Shown piece by piece: positions 54,725 through 64,000 of a stretch of 64,000 nt of DNA. Below the pieces are notes generated by a model. It saw nothing but the letters and a program-made list of their open reading frames with translations. It ran no database searches and was not told the DNA's origin. The stretch is from Lacisediminihabitans sp. (GTDB lineage Bacteria; Actinomycetota; Actinomycetes; Actinomycetales; Microbacteriaceae): NCBI RefSeq assembly GCF_043726815.1, contig NZ_JAYSJZ010000103.1:9870-73869 (forward strand), written 5' to 3'. The first letter of the stretch is position 1, and every line of letters begins with the position of its first letter. Position numbers and translations under genes: made by a program.

Positions 54725-56098
54725 TCACGGTGCCGGTGCCTCGAGATCCCATCGCCGGTAGAGAAGGGGAAGCCCCTTGGGGAGGCCGAACAGAATGGCG
54801 TCCGCCCGGTGTCCGACGCCCGGTCCGATGAATCGCGCCGTGGTCATACCCGCGGCCTTGGCCGCAGCCTCGGCCGCAGCCCCCTGGGGTGTGTAGACGG
54901 TGTCCTTCGAGCCGCTCGTGAAGATCGCGAGCATATCGGTGTAGTGGGTGGCCTTCATGATGTTGAGTGGTTGCTCGGCGTCATATGCCGCCTTGTTTCC
55001 GCCGAAACCAAGCCTGAGCGTCGCACTTGGAGACCCTAACGACGGCCCGATCTCACCGGAGATGTCCAGAATCGATCCGAAGACGTCCGGGTGTTTCGCC
55101 CCGAAGGACAGGGCGCACTCACCGCCGTTCGAGTAGCCGCCCACTGCCCAGTACTGCCGCCCGGTTGCGACGTGCAGGTTCGTGCGGATGAAATTGACGA
55201 CGTCGGTCATCACGTAGGTGTGCACTCTGCCCGCCGGGGAATCGATGCACAAAGGATTCTTCGTCGGACTGCCGATCTGGTCGATCGTGAGCACGATCGG
55301 TCCGAGGCCCCTGTTCGCGGCTGCCATCGCGTTGAGGGTAGGCACGAAGAGTGCGCTGCTTTCGGGGCCGCCCGGCTGTCCCATCATCATGACGAGGACC
55401 GGCAGGGCAGGCGGGTTGGGCACGAGAGCGGCGGGGGGCAGGTACAGATAGGCGGGCCGTGCCGCGAAGCCTGATGCCGTGTTGGGGATCTTCACGGTGC
55501 CCAGTTGTCCACTCGCCGGCATTCCCGCCGGTGGCTTCCAGGTCTGCCACAGCGGCTGAGGGGGCGTCGACGGGCTCGAGGTCGGGGAGTTCACCGGGCG
55601 AGGGACCGCCAAGGCCTGCCCGGTATTGAGGTTGAGCAGTGAGCCGAGGGTGAGGTTGAGCCCGTATCCGGCGTTGATGCCGAGAGTAGCGGTGGCCGCG
55701 AAGAGCAGAATCGCAACCGCGGCAATTGCCTTGCGCCACCATCGCGAATTCCACAGATTAACGACCGCGACGCCGACGGCCGCGAATGCACCAATCACCC
55801 AGGCACGAGTGTCGGGGTCCAGCGGCAGACCGAAGACGTTGAAGACCACCTCGCACAGGACCAGGATCACAACGGCCAGCACCGCACCCGCGCCGGCCCC
55901 GGCGAGCACGGTCATCGCCCAGCGTCGGCCAGGACGCCGCACCGCCCGGCGCGCGTTCTCCCGCCCCGGGGAGGCGCGACGGACCAGGAGATAACCCAGA
56001 GCGGCCGCGCTCAGGGCACTGCAGATGATGATCACCGTGCCGTCGACGATGTTGAGCGCAAGGATCGAACTCAACGTGGTGCCGCCTTCCCGTGACAA
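54725..56098 (-). CDS. Membrane-anchored esterase-family alpha/beta hydrolase, paralog B
   Basis: The architecture matches 48981..50351. Long identical peptide runs are shared (EVVFNVFGLPLDPDTRAWV; DQIGSPTKNPLCIDSPAGRVHTYVMTDVV; WAVGGYSNGGECALSFGAKHPDVFGSI). Confidence 0.8.
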   Translation of the reverse strand: MSREGGTTLSSILALNIVDGTVIIICSALSAAALGYLLVRRASPGRENARRAVRRPGRRWAMTVLAGAGAGAVLAVVILVLCEVVFNVFGLPLDPDTRAWVIGAFAAVGVAVVNLWNSRWWRKAIAAVAILLFAATATLGINAGYGLNLTLGSLLNLNTGQALAVPRPVNSPTSSPSTPPQPLWQTWKPPAGMPASGQLGTVKIPNTASGFAARPAYLYLPPAALVPNPPALPVLVMMMGQPGGPESSALFVPTLNAMAAANRGLGPIVLTIDQIGSPTKNPLCIDSPAGRVHTYVMTDVVNFIRTNLHVATGRQYWAVGGYSNGGECALSFGAKHPDVFGSILDISGEIGPSLGSPSATLRLGFGGNKAAYDAEQPLNIMKATHYTDMLAIFTSGSKDTVYTPQGAAAEAAAKAAGMTTARFIGPGVGHRADAILFGLPKGLPLLYRRWDLEAPAP

Positions 56099-56281
56099 GT
56101 GGGACGCTGCCGGTCGGTTCGGTCAGCAGCTCCCGGCGGATGCCGTCAACTCCGTGGACGGAGATGGCGGGCGCCAGTCCCACGGGCCTGAGCGCCGGTG
56201 ACAATTATGCGCTGCCGACCGCAACGTCTGCAGTAAACGGGCCGCAGGCACCCGGCGCTGTCGCGGTGCGATCAGTTCAGA

Positions 56282-56680
56282 TCAGTCCATCGCCGACAGG
56301 TGTTCATGCACGCCCAGCCAGCGGCCGGCGGTCTGCGCGAGCACGATCGTCTCGCGCTCGTGGGTGACCTCCGTGACGCCCCCGAGCTCCGCCTCGGTCT
56401 CGACGTCGTGGCTGAATACCGCCACGTCGCCGTAGACCTGCACGCGACGATTCTTCGAGAGGCACCGGTGAACCCGGAACCCCTCGTCCTCCCACTCCGA
56501 CCAGAGCCGCTCGTAGGCCGCGCGGGACTCGAGCCGGTGGTCGACGTTGTGAAACAGGAATGTCGCGTCGGGGGAGAAGCCCGCAAAGTAGGCGTCGCGG
56601 CGGTGATTGCCGAAGTCGTCGATGATGCGGTCCGCGGCGGCGAGGGCACTCGCCTCGGTCGCCGCGCCGGTCCCGGTCAC
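56282..56680 (-). CDS. SnoaL/NTF2-like (DUF4440-type) small protein
   Basis: GTG 56680 overlaps the permease stop (GTGA); 132 aa. The pattern is ...DDFGNHRRDAYFAGFSPDATFLF...WLGVHEHLS. Confidence 0.6.
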   Translation of the reverse strand: MTGTGAATEASALAAADRIIDDFGNHRRDAYFAGFSPDATFLFHNVDHRLESRAAYERLWSEWEDEGFRVHRCLSKNRRVQVYGDVAVFSHDVETEAELGGVTEVTHERETIVLAQTAGRWLGVHEHLSAMD

Positions 56681-58245
56681 GAGGTGGCGCCGGCTCGACG
56701 GGCCGCGACCCTGGCGGCAGTGGAGGAGTGGTCGGTCTCGATCGGCCGAGGCTCGCCCGGTCTGCTCGGCACGCCGCGCGGTCCCTCCTCGCCGAACACG
56801 TACCGCGGCTCGGGGAACAGCCAGAGCGCGCCGAGGTACAGCACGGCTCCCGCCACCACGGCCACCGCCAGGCTCAGGTCGATGCCGCCGCCGACGTTGA
56901 TGAACGGTCCGATGATGATCGGCGGGTAGTTCGCGAAGAGCAGGCCGAGGGCCGCGGCGCCGAGCCACGCGACCATCCCGCGCCAGTTGACACCGTTGCG
57001 GAACCAGTAGGTTCCGCCGATCTCGCCGCGGTTGAACACCTGCAGGTCGCGCGGGCGGAAGCTCCCGCGACGCACGATGTAGCCGATCGCCATGATCACC
57101 ATCCACGGTGTCGTCGTCACGATGATGGCGCCGACGAAGGCGTTCACGGCGCCGAGCAGGTCGAAGAAGATCCGCCCGGTGAGGATGAACAGGAACGCCA
57201 CGACCCCGATGCCGATGGTGGCCTGCACCCGGCTGAACTTGGGGAACACCGAGGAGAAGTCGAGGCCGGTGCCGTAGAGCGAGGTGGTGCCGGTGGAGAG
57301 GCCGCCGATGAAGGCGACGACCATGAGCAGCACCGCGTACCAGATCGGTGAGGCCTGGATCAGGGCCACCACGTAGTCGCTCTTGCCCGCGACGATCGTG
57401 GCGGTGGCCACGCCGAAGAGGAACGGGATCAGCGTGAGCAGCTGCCCGAACAGGGTCGCGGCCAGGAGCTTGCGTGCTGGCGTGTTGCGCGGGATGTACC
57501 GCGCCCAGTCGCCGAGGAATGCGCCGAAGGAGATGGGATTCGAGGCCACGATGAGGGCGGCGGCGACGAACGTGGCCCAGAACCCTCCGAGCGCGAAGCC
57601 CTTCGGTCCCGGATCGTACGAGGCGTCGAAGGTGCCGCTGAAGGCGACGATGGCCAACAGGATCAGGATCGTGTTGGCGATCACCGCGGTCTTGTTCACG
57701 AGGAGCATGAACTGGAAGCCGAAGACCACCACGACGATCACGATCACGCCGATCACGCCGTAGACGAGAGTTCGCAGGCCGAGGGAGTCCGGGATGCCGC
57801 CGAGTCTGGTGAGTGCCCCCACCAGCGCGTCGCCGCTCACCCAGACCGAGATCGAATAGAACGCGATGGCGGTGAGGAGCGAGAGGAAGGATCCCACAAT
57901 GCGCCCGCGCACCCCGAAGAAGGCGGCGCTGGAGACCGCATTGTTGGTACCGGTCTTCGGGCCGAACAGGCCCATCGGCATGAGGAAGATCGTGCCGATC
58001 AGAACTCCCGAGATCGTGGCGAGCACCGCTTGCCAGAACGAGAGTCCGAGCACGATCGGAAAGGTGCCGAGCAGCACCGTGGCGAACGTGTTTGCTCCGC
58101 CGAATTGGATGCGCAGCAGGTCCAGCCAGTTCGAGGTGCGGTCGGCGTCCGGAATGGTGTCGACCCCGTGGACCTCGATCTCGGTGACCTTCGGCCGTGC
58201 GTTGACGGTCACGGGTTCATCAGCAACAGCTCTGTTGTGTGACAT
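56677..58245 (-). CDS. NCS1-family nucleobase/cytosine/allantoin-type permease
   Basis: ATG 58245; 522 aa with 12 TM. The N-terminal RTSNWLDLLRIQFGGANTFATVLLG is typical of purine-cytosine permeases. Confidence 0.85.
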   Translation of the reverse strand: MSHNRAVADEPVTVNARPKVTEIEVHGVDTIPDADRTSNWLDLLRIQFGGANTFATVLLGTFPIVLGLSFWQAVLATISGVLIGTIFLMPMGLFGPKTGTNNAVSSAAFFGVRGRIVGSFLSLLTAIAFYSISVWVSGDALVGALTRLGGIPDSLGLRTLVYGVIGVIVIVVVVFGFQFMLLVNKTAVIANTILILLAIVAFSGTFDASYDPGPKGFALGGFWATFVAAALIVASNPISFGAFLGDWARYIPRNTPARKLLAATLFGQLLTLIPFLFGVATATIVAGKSDYVVALIQASPIWYAVLLMVVAFIGGLSTGTTSLYGTGLDFSSVFPKFSRVQATIGIGVVAFLFILTGRIFFDLLGAVNAFVGAIIVTTTPWMVIMAIGYIVRRGSFRPRDLQVFNRGEIGGTYWFRNGVNWRGMVAWLGAAALGLLFANYPPIIIGPFINVGGGIDLSLAVAVVAGAVLYLGALWLFPEPRYVFGEEGPRGVPSRPGEPRPIETDHSSTAARVAARRAGATS

Positions 58246-58334
58246 TGATTCGCTCTCGGTCGGACGTGGCTCACCCACGTCGGATCTGCAAGACACTAGT
58301 GCAAATAGTGACTGTCATGCAATAGTTGTTGACC

Positions 58335-59003
58335 ATGAGGATACAAGCCATCGTGGACCTCTCGGTTGTGGTCAATGAGGACACCCAGACCTACCCCGGG
58401 GATCCGACGCCGCGATTCGAGCCCCACAGCACGATCGCGCGGGACGGGTTCAATCTGATGTCGGTGAGCATGGGATCCCAGACCGGCACCCACGTCGACG
58501 CCCCCTTCCACTTCGACGACTCCGCCGCGAAGCTCGACGAACTGCCGCTCGAGCGATTCGTCGGCACCGGTGTCGTCGTCGACGCGCGAGCGGCCGGCCG
58601 GCGGGGGCGCATCACCTGGGACTATTTCGAATCCGTCGAGCAGTCGCTCCTTCCGGGCACCATCGTGCTGCTGCACACCGGGTGGAGCGCTCACTATGGA
58701 ACACCACGGTACTTCGAGAACCCGTTCCTCGATGCCGGGGCGTGCGCGCAGCTGATCTCGCGGGGCATCCGCACCTTCGGCATCGATGCGCTCAACATCG
58801 ACGAGACCCCGGATGACGATCACCCGGGCGAGGGATTCCCGGTGCATCACCTCATCGCCGACGCGGCGGGGGTCATCAGCGAGAACCTGACCAACCTCGA
58901 GTCGATCCGTTTCGCTGACCCGTTCATCTCCCTGCTCCCGCTCGCCTTCGAGGCGGCCGATGGAGCACCGGTGCGCGCCGTGGCGCTGCAGCTGGCCCCC
59001 TGA
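58335..59003 (+). CDS. Cyclase-family (kynurenine-formamidase-like, PF04199) hydrolase
   Basis: ATG 58335. It has the metal motif SQTGTHVDAPFHF and the later GIDALNID. Confidence 0.8.
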   Translation: MRIQAIVDLSVVVNEDTQTYPGDPTPRFEPHSTIARDGFNLMSVSMGSQTGTHVDAPFHFDDSAAKLDELPLERFVGTGVVVDARAAGRRGRITWDYFESVEQSLLPGTIVLLHTGWSAHYGTPRYFENPFLDAGACAQLISRGIRTFGIDALNIDETPDDDHPGEGFPVHHLIADAAGVISENLTNLESIRFADPFISLLPLAFEAADGAPVRAVALQLAP

Positions 59004-59057
59004 CGTCCGCCCGACCAGCCCTCCAGACCTCCAGACCTCCAGACCGAAAGCATCGAA

Positions 59058-60014
59058 ATGACCTCACCCTTCATCGGTCCATCCGACGCGAGCGTCTCCC
59101 CGCGGTATGCGGGCATCGCCACCTTCGCTCGGCTTCCCCGCATCGAGGACGTGCCGAGGGCAGACATCGCCGTCGTGGGCGTGCCCTTCGACAGCGGGGT
59201 CAGCTACCGGCCGGGCGCCCGGTTCGGCCCGGCCCACGTGCGCGAGGCGTCCCGGCTGCTGCGCCCGTACAACCCGGTTCAGGATGTCGAGCCGTTCAAC
59301 GCACAGCAGATCGTGGACGCCGGGGACATCGCCGCCAACCCCTTCAACATCGACGAGGCTGTACAGCAGATCGAGGCGGCCGCGACCGCGCTCGGGGCGG
59401 ACGGCACCCGACTCCTCACGATCGGCGGCGACCACACGATCGCGTTGCCGCTGCTCCGTGCCGTCACCAGGCGCACCGGGCCGGTCGCCGTGCTGCACTT
59501 CGACGCTCACCTCGACACCTGGGACACCTACTTCGGTGCCCCCGTCACCCACGGCACCCCGTTCCGACGCGCGTCGGAGGAGGGACTCATCGACCTCGAC
59601 GCGAGCCTGCACATCGGCATCCGCGGCCCGTTGTACAGCCGCCAGGACCTGAGGGACGACGCCCGTCTCGGGTTCGCGGTGATCGCGGCTCACGAGTTCG
59701 AAACGGATGGCCTCGCCCGGGTGATCGAACGGATGCTCGCGCGACTCGGCGATCGTCCGGTCTACGTCTCCGTCGACATCGACGTGCTGGACCCCTCCCA
59801 TGCCCCGGGCACGGGCACACCGGAGGCCGGCGGCCTCACCAGCCGGGAGCTGCTGGCCATCATCCGCGCACTCGCCGCCGTCACCATCGTGGGCGCGGAT
59901 GTGGTGGAGGTCGCCCCGGCCTACGACCACGCTCAGGTCACCGCCGTCGCCGCCTCCCACGTGGCCTACGAGATCCTGTCCGCCATGACTCCACGACCGG
60001 AGCAGAGCAGCTAA
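59058..60014 (+). CDS. Ureohydrolase-family enzyme (agmatinase / guanidino-acid hydrolase)
   Basis: Mn-binding motifs [16 protein letters not shown] and [19 protein letters not shown]; 318 aa. Confidence 0.9.
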   Translation: MTSPFIGPSDASVSPRYAGIATFARLPRIEDVPRADIAVVGVPFDSGVSYRPGARFGPAHVREASRLLRPYNPVQDVEPFNAQQIVDAGDIAANPFNIDEAVQQIEAAATALGADGTRLLTIGGDHTIALPLLRAVTRRTGPVAVLHFDAHLDTWDTYFGAPVTHGTPFRRASEEGLIDLDASLHIGIRGPLYSRQDLRDDARLGFAVIAAHEFETDGLARVIERMLARLGDRPVYVSVDIDVLDPSHAPGTGTPEAGGLTSRELLAIIRALAAVTIVGADVVEVAPAYDHAQVTAVAASHVAYEILSAMTPRPEQSS

Positions 60015-60120
60015 GCGGCGCGGGCACGGCCTACACGCCCGTCACGCGCTGGTGGCCGATACTGGCAGGGCGGCGTTTCGCCGTCACAACGAACCTGGTC
60101 GCACCGACGAAGAGGCAAGC

Positions 60121-60705
60121 ATGCGAGCCGTACACCCGACTCCTTCGGGAACCCCGCTGGCGATCGGGGCCAAGCTCCGGTCCACCCGCCTGGCGCAGTC
60201 CCTGACCATCGCCGACGTCGCGACGGCGACCGGTCTCAGCACGGGTTTCATCAGCCGGGTCGAACGCGACGAGACCTCGCCGAGCGTCACGTCCCTCGTC
60301 ACCCTCTGCCAGGTGCTCTCGCTGCCGCTCGGCAGCCTCTTCGAGGCACCGGAGAACGAGGTGATCGCCCTCGCCGATGCGCCCTTCATCAACATGGGAG
60401 GCAGCAACGCCATCGAGCGGCTGTTGACGCCCCGCGGAGAATCCCGAGTGCAGGTGCTCCGCTCCCGACTCGAACCGGGTGCGACCGGGGGTCTCGAGCT
60501 GTACACGATCAATTGCGATGTGGAGATCGTGCACGTGCTCAGCGGCTCGCTGCACGTGCGCCTCGTCACCGGCACCGTCGAACTCGCGACGGGCGACACC
60601 ATGACCCTCGCCGGCCGCGAGCCGCATTCCTGGGACAACGGCACGGATGCCGTCACGGAGATCATCTGGACCATCGTTCCGGCGGCCTGGAGCGGTTCCT
60701 CGTAG
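60121..60705 (+). CDS. XRE-family HTH regulator with a C-terminal cupin domain
   Basis: ATG 60121 with GAAGAGG upstream. The HTH is LTIADVATATGLSTGFISRVERDETSPSV, followed by a cupin beta-barrel. Confidence 0.85.
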   Translation: MRAVHPTPSGTPLAIGAKLRSTRLAQSLTIADVATATGLSTGFISRVERDETSPSVTSLVTLCQVLSLPLGSLFEAPENEVIALADAPFINMGGSNAIERLLTPRGESRVQVLRSRLEPGATGGLELYTINCDVEIVHVLSGSLHVRLVTGTVELATGDTMTLAGREPHSWDNGTDAVTEIIWTIVPAAWSGSS

Positions 60706-60723
60706 AACCTGCTCGACACGGAG

Positions 60724-61836
60724 GTGCACCTCAGGTACCGCGGCTACCGTCGGCGGATGTCTACCCCCAGTGTCGCGGCAGCGAAGTCCCCGGCCGGGCA
60801 CGCCTACAACCCGGCCCTGGACGGCCTGCGGGCGGTGGCGATCCTCGCCGTTGTCGCCCAGCACGCCGGGATTCCCGGCCTCGACGGCTACCACGGGGTC
60901 ACGCTGTTCTTCGTGATCAGCGGCTATCTGATCACGGGCCTCCTGCTCAAGGAGCACGACAGGAGCGGCGGCATCCGGCTGGCCCGTTTCTACGGCCGCC
61001 GGTTCGCGCGCCTGGTGCCGGCACTCATCGTCGTGATTGCGGCGACCTGCCTCTGGCTGGCGATCAGGAGGGAACCGATCGCCTCGTATTGGGGCGGCAT
61101 CATCGGCAGTCTCACCTTCACCACGGATCTCATTCAGCCCTTCTTCGGCAACGGCAGCGTCGGCCACTACTTCCAATGGTCTTGGTCGCTCGGAGTCGAG
61201 GAGCTCTTCTACCTCGTCTGGCCGATGTCCCTGATCCTCCTGGCCCGGTGGCACCGTTTCGCGGCGGCCGTGACGGTTCTCGTCGCCGGAGTGGTGGGCT
61301 GCTGGGCCCTGCGGGCGTTCCTGATCTCCGACGGGATGAGCCACAACCGCTTCTACTTCGCCCCAGACACCAACGCCGACGCCCTCCTTCTGGGCGCGCT
61401 CCTGGCCCTCGTACTCGTCCGCTGGCCGCGAAGCCGGGCGTTGCGCATGGCCGGTCGCATTGCCGGGCCGCTCGGTCTGCTCGCGCTCGTCGCCCTCGTC
61501 TGGCCGTATTCCGGCGACGCCCTCGTCCACATGGACAAGGGGGCCTTCGGCCAGGCGGCCCTCGCCTCGGCGGCACTCGTTCTCTGGATGGCCACCTCCC
61601 CGGCGGGCCGGGTGGCGGCCATCCTCTCCTGGCCCCCGGTGGTCCTCGTCGGAAAACTGTCCTACGGCATCTATCTGTGGAACCTGCTCACCATCTTCGT
61701 TCTCGCTTCCATCGTGCACCTCAGCCCCATTCACAGCTGGTGGGGCGTCGCCTGGTTCGCATCGCTGATAGGCGTCGCCTACCTGTCCTGGCGATTCGTC
61801 GAGACCCCGCTGAGAGCTCGGTGGGCGCCCGGGTGA
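60724..61836 (+). CDS. Acyltransferase-3 family membrane O-acyltransferase
   Basis: LDGLRAVAILAVVAQHAG and VTLFFVISGYLITGLL motifs with ~10 TM. The start may be the internal ATG (MSTPS). Confidence 0.85.
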   Translation: MHLRYRGYRRRMSTPSVAAAKSPAGHAYNPALDGLRAVAILAVVAQHAGIPGLDGYHGVTLFFVISGYLITGLLLKEHDRSGGIRLARFYGRRFARLVPALIVVIAATCLWLAIRREPIASYWGGIIGSLTFTTDLIQPFFGNGSVGHYFQWSWSLGVEELFYLVWPMSLILLARWHRFAAAVTVLVAGVVGCWALRAFLISDGMSHNRFYFAPDTNADALLLGALLALVLVRWPRSRALRMAGRIAGPLGLLALVALVWPYSGDALVHMDKGAFGQAALASAALVLWMATSPAGRVAAILSWPPVVLVGKLSYGIYLWNLLTIFVLASIVHLSPIHSWWGVAWFASLIGVAYLSWRFVETPLRARWAPG

Positions 61837-61964
61837 ATGACCTGCGCGACGAGCCCCGCAGGACGACCGCGTCAGACGCCAAAGATCGGGCCGAAGACTT
61901 GGCCACCCGCGCCGGACGCCTGAGTTGTACGCTGGCCGAAGTTGCAGAGGGTTGGAGTCAGTGC

Positions 61965-62585
61965 ATGCCGGCAGAAGTCACGGGTCCCCGTGTCGCGACC
62001 TCGCAGGACCGGGATGTCGTCGTCGAGATTCTTGTCAGTGCGTTCCACGACGACCCGGCGTGGAGTTGGGCGTTTCCGGATCCGGCCCTGAGATCCGAGC
62101 AGCACAGGCGGCTGTGGGGGCTGTTCGTCGACGGCGCCCTGCGCTACCCGTGGGTGTGGCTGAGCCGGGACAACACCGCCGCGTCGGTCTGGATCCCCCC
62201 AGAGGGAACCGACCTGTCGCCCGAGCAGGATGCATCGCTGGAGGCGACCATCGTCGAGATGCTGGGGGCGGATGCCTCTCCCGTGCTCGAGGCGTTCGAC
62301 CTGTTCGAGCGGGCCCACCCTCGAGAGGTGCTGCACTTCTTCCTCAGTCTGTTGGGCACGAGCTCCGAGCACCGCGGGCGCGGATATGGGCTCGCCCTCC
62401 TGGCCGCCAACCTGCGCCGGATCGACGAGCTTCGGATGCCGGCCTATCTGGAGGCCAGCAACCCGGCGAACGTAGCGTTATACGGAAGATACGGATTCGA
62501 GGTGATTGGTTCGTTCGAACTGCCCGGCGACGGGCCCACGATCTTCACGATGTGGAGAGACGCAGCGACACGGCCCAGTCAGTGA
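61965..62585 (+). CDS. GNAT-family N-acetyltransferase
   Basis: ATG 61965 lies within track ORF 60513..62585. It has the acetyl-CoA motif HRGRGYGLALL and YGRYGFEV; 206 aa. Confidence 0.8.
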   Translation: MPAEVTGPRVATSQDRDVVVEILVSAFHDDPAWSWAFPDPALRSEQHRRLWGLFVDGALRYPWVWLSRDNTAASVWIPPEGTDLSPEQDASLEATIVEMLGADASPVLEAFDLFERAHPREVLHFFLSLLGTSSEHRGRGYGLALLAANLRRIDELRMPAYLEASNPANVALYGRYGFEVIGSFELPGDGPTIFTMWRDAATRPSQ

Positions 62586-62709
62586 GTCGGCTCTCGAATC
62601 GGGGGACTCTCCTCACCGCAGGAGAGGGATCGGCCGGTCAACGGACTGTCGTCACGCGATACGCCTTCGCGCGCGAGGCCCCTGCGAACGACCGCCGAAC
62701 GCGCGTTGC

Positions 62710-64000
62710 TCAGCTCACATGCACTGCTGGGCGGCGTTTGGGATTGCGCTCGGTGGTGCGCAGCACTTCGCGTGTCACGGGCCCGACCTCGCCAACGCCG
62801 ACGATCAGGAACCGGAACATGTTCGACAGAGGGTTGCCCTCCGTCCACTGGAAATAGATTTCGGGCACAATTCCGGTTTGATCTCGGATTTCCAGCAGCA
62901 CCGCCGCAATGGTGTTCGGCACGTTCGCGCTGACGACTTCGAGCACACGGTATCCGTGTCTGGCGACGCCATGGACGACCAGGTCCTCCTCGAAGTCGGA
63001 GGAGTCCGCCGGGTGCACCTCGAGGAAGATGATGGGGGAGCGTTCGGGGATGTGGTCGTAGAGGCGCATCGCGCGGCTCTTCTTCTGGTATTCGTCGTCA
63101 CTGTCGCCGTCCGGCTCGTGGGAAATGATGCGGATGGCGGCGTGCTCTTCAGCATCCTGACTGACGAAATCGAGGGCGTTCGCGTCAAGGACGACGGAGG
63201 TTGCGCGAAGTTGGAACGAGCGGCGCACGCGGGAGATGATCGACACGGTCAGGATGCCGAGGATGAACAACCCGGCGATGCGAACCCCGTCGGGTCGTTC
63301 GATCACGTTCACCACCGTCGTGTAGAGCAGGATGAGGGAGATCGCGGCGAACCCGATGGCATGCCACGTTTGCCGTTTGCGACGGGCGGAGAGGGTGACG
63401 GCGACGGCGGCGGACGTCATCAGAACCAGCACGCCCGTGGCGTACGCGCCGCCTTGCGCGTCGACGTTGGCGTCGAAGACGATGGTGATGAGAAACGCGA
63501 TTCCGGTGAAGACGAGCACGAGCGGACGGACCGCCCTGGTCCACTGGGGCGCCATGCCGTAGCGCGGGAGGTACCGCGGTACGAGGTTCAACAGGCCTGC
63601 CATTGCCGAAGCGCCGGCGAACCAGAGGATGCAGATCGTACTGATGTCATACACGGTCCCGAACGCGGGACCGAGGTATTCGTGGGCGAGATAGGCGAGG
63701 GCGCGACCGTTGGCCGGCCCACCCGCCTGGAACGCCTTCTGGGGGATGAGCAGGGTGGTCACCGTGCTGGTGGCAATGAGGAAGCAGCTCATGATGATTG
63801 CCGCGGTCGTCAGCAGACGCTTTGTCCCGTGGATGCGACCCGCCGGGTTCTCCTCGGTGTCATCCGGGCGCCCGGTTACCTGCGGCATCATGGCGACGCC
63901 GGTCTCGAACCCCGATAGGCCCAGGGCGAGCTTGGGGAAGACGAGCAGCGCGATACCGACCATGATCAGCGGATTCCCGTGTTGTGCGGTAAGCGCACCC
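62710..64000 (-). CDS. APC-superfamily transporter with a ~165-aa cytoplasmic C-terminal domain; the 5' end is beyond the window
   Basis: The frame stays open past 63963 to the window edge. TM-rich sequence is followed by a soluble acidic tail (…[33 protein letters not shown]…). Confidence 0.75.
   Translation of the reverse strand, partial: GALTAQHGNPLIMVGIALLVFPKLALGLSGFETGVAMMPQVTGRPDDTEENPAGRIHGTKRLLTTAAIIMSCFLIATSTVTTLLIPQKAFQAGGPANGRALAYLAHEYLGPAFGTVYDISTICILWFAGASAMAGLLNLVPRYLPRYGMAPQWTRAVRPLVLVFTGIAFLITIVFDANVDAQGGAYATGVLVLMTSAAVAVTLSARRKRQTWHAIGFAAISLILLYTTVVNVIERPDGVRIAGLFILGILTVSIISRVRRSFQLRATSVVLDANALDFVSQDAEEHAAIRIISHEPDGDSDDEYQKKSRAMRLYDHIPERSPIIFLEVHPADSSDFEEDLVVHGVARHGYRVLEVVSANVPNTIAAVLLEIRDQTGIVPEIYFQWTEGNPLSNMFRFLIVGVGEVGPVTREVLRTTERNPKRRPAVHVS

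Overview
High-GC chromosomal segment, probably from an actinobacterium (Microbacteriaceae-like; this is an inference from composition, GTG starts, ATGA/GTGA overlapping gene junctions and DUF2510/DUF2207-type genes). About 60 protein-coding genes are packed on both strands. I found no rRNA, tRNA, CRISPR array, transposase or integrase. Gene content is mostly accessory metabolism and transport: a decayed sugar ABC locus next to a PfkB kinase, DeoR regulator and GH4 glycosidase; a polyol/glycerol-like operon; an acyl-CoA dehydrogenase / sarcosine-oxidase-like / luciferase-like monooxygenase block; and an NCS1 permease / cyclase / agmatinase block. There are also envelope and stress genes (flotillin, BON, an FtsH paralog, glutathione peroxidase, Na+/H+ antiporter), DNA-related genes (SF1 helicase fragment, UvrA paralog, AlkB) and several regulators (DeoR, MarR, GlpP, XRE-cupin, Ser/Thr kinase). 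Many long ORFs in the six-frame track are antisense or out-of-frame artefacts of the high GC content and were not called. The observations most worth follow-up are these. (1) A ~450-bp non-coding imperfect palindrome at 19.8-20.3 kb is built from phased 14-bp GTCCTGCAC units. (2) A glpP antiterminator gene lies divergent from an operon whose leader carries a clear intrinsic terminator. (3) Four tandem 20-bp repeats sit in a promoter region at 14.3 kb. (4) A near-consensus LexA box lies upstream of alkB. (5) A ~500-bp non-coding stretch at 44.8-45.3 kb has promoter-like and hairpin signals. (6) An A/T-rich 14-mer is shared by the MarR promoter and a distant divergent promoter. (7) Two paralogous membrane-anchored esterase genes bracket a catabolic block. 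(8) An orphan DUF4255-AAA ATPase has a destroyed P-loop. (9) Several genes are truncated or frameshifted. All family assignments rest on motifs read by eye; no database search was run.
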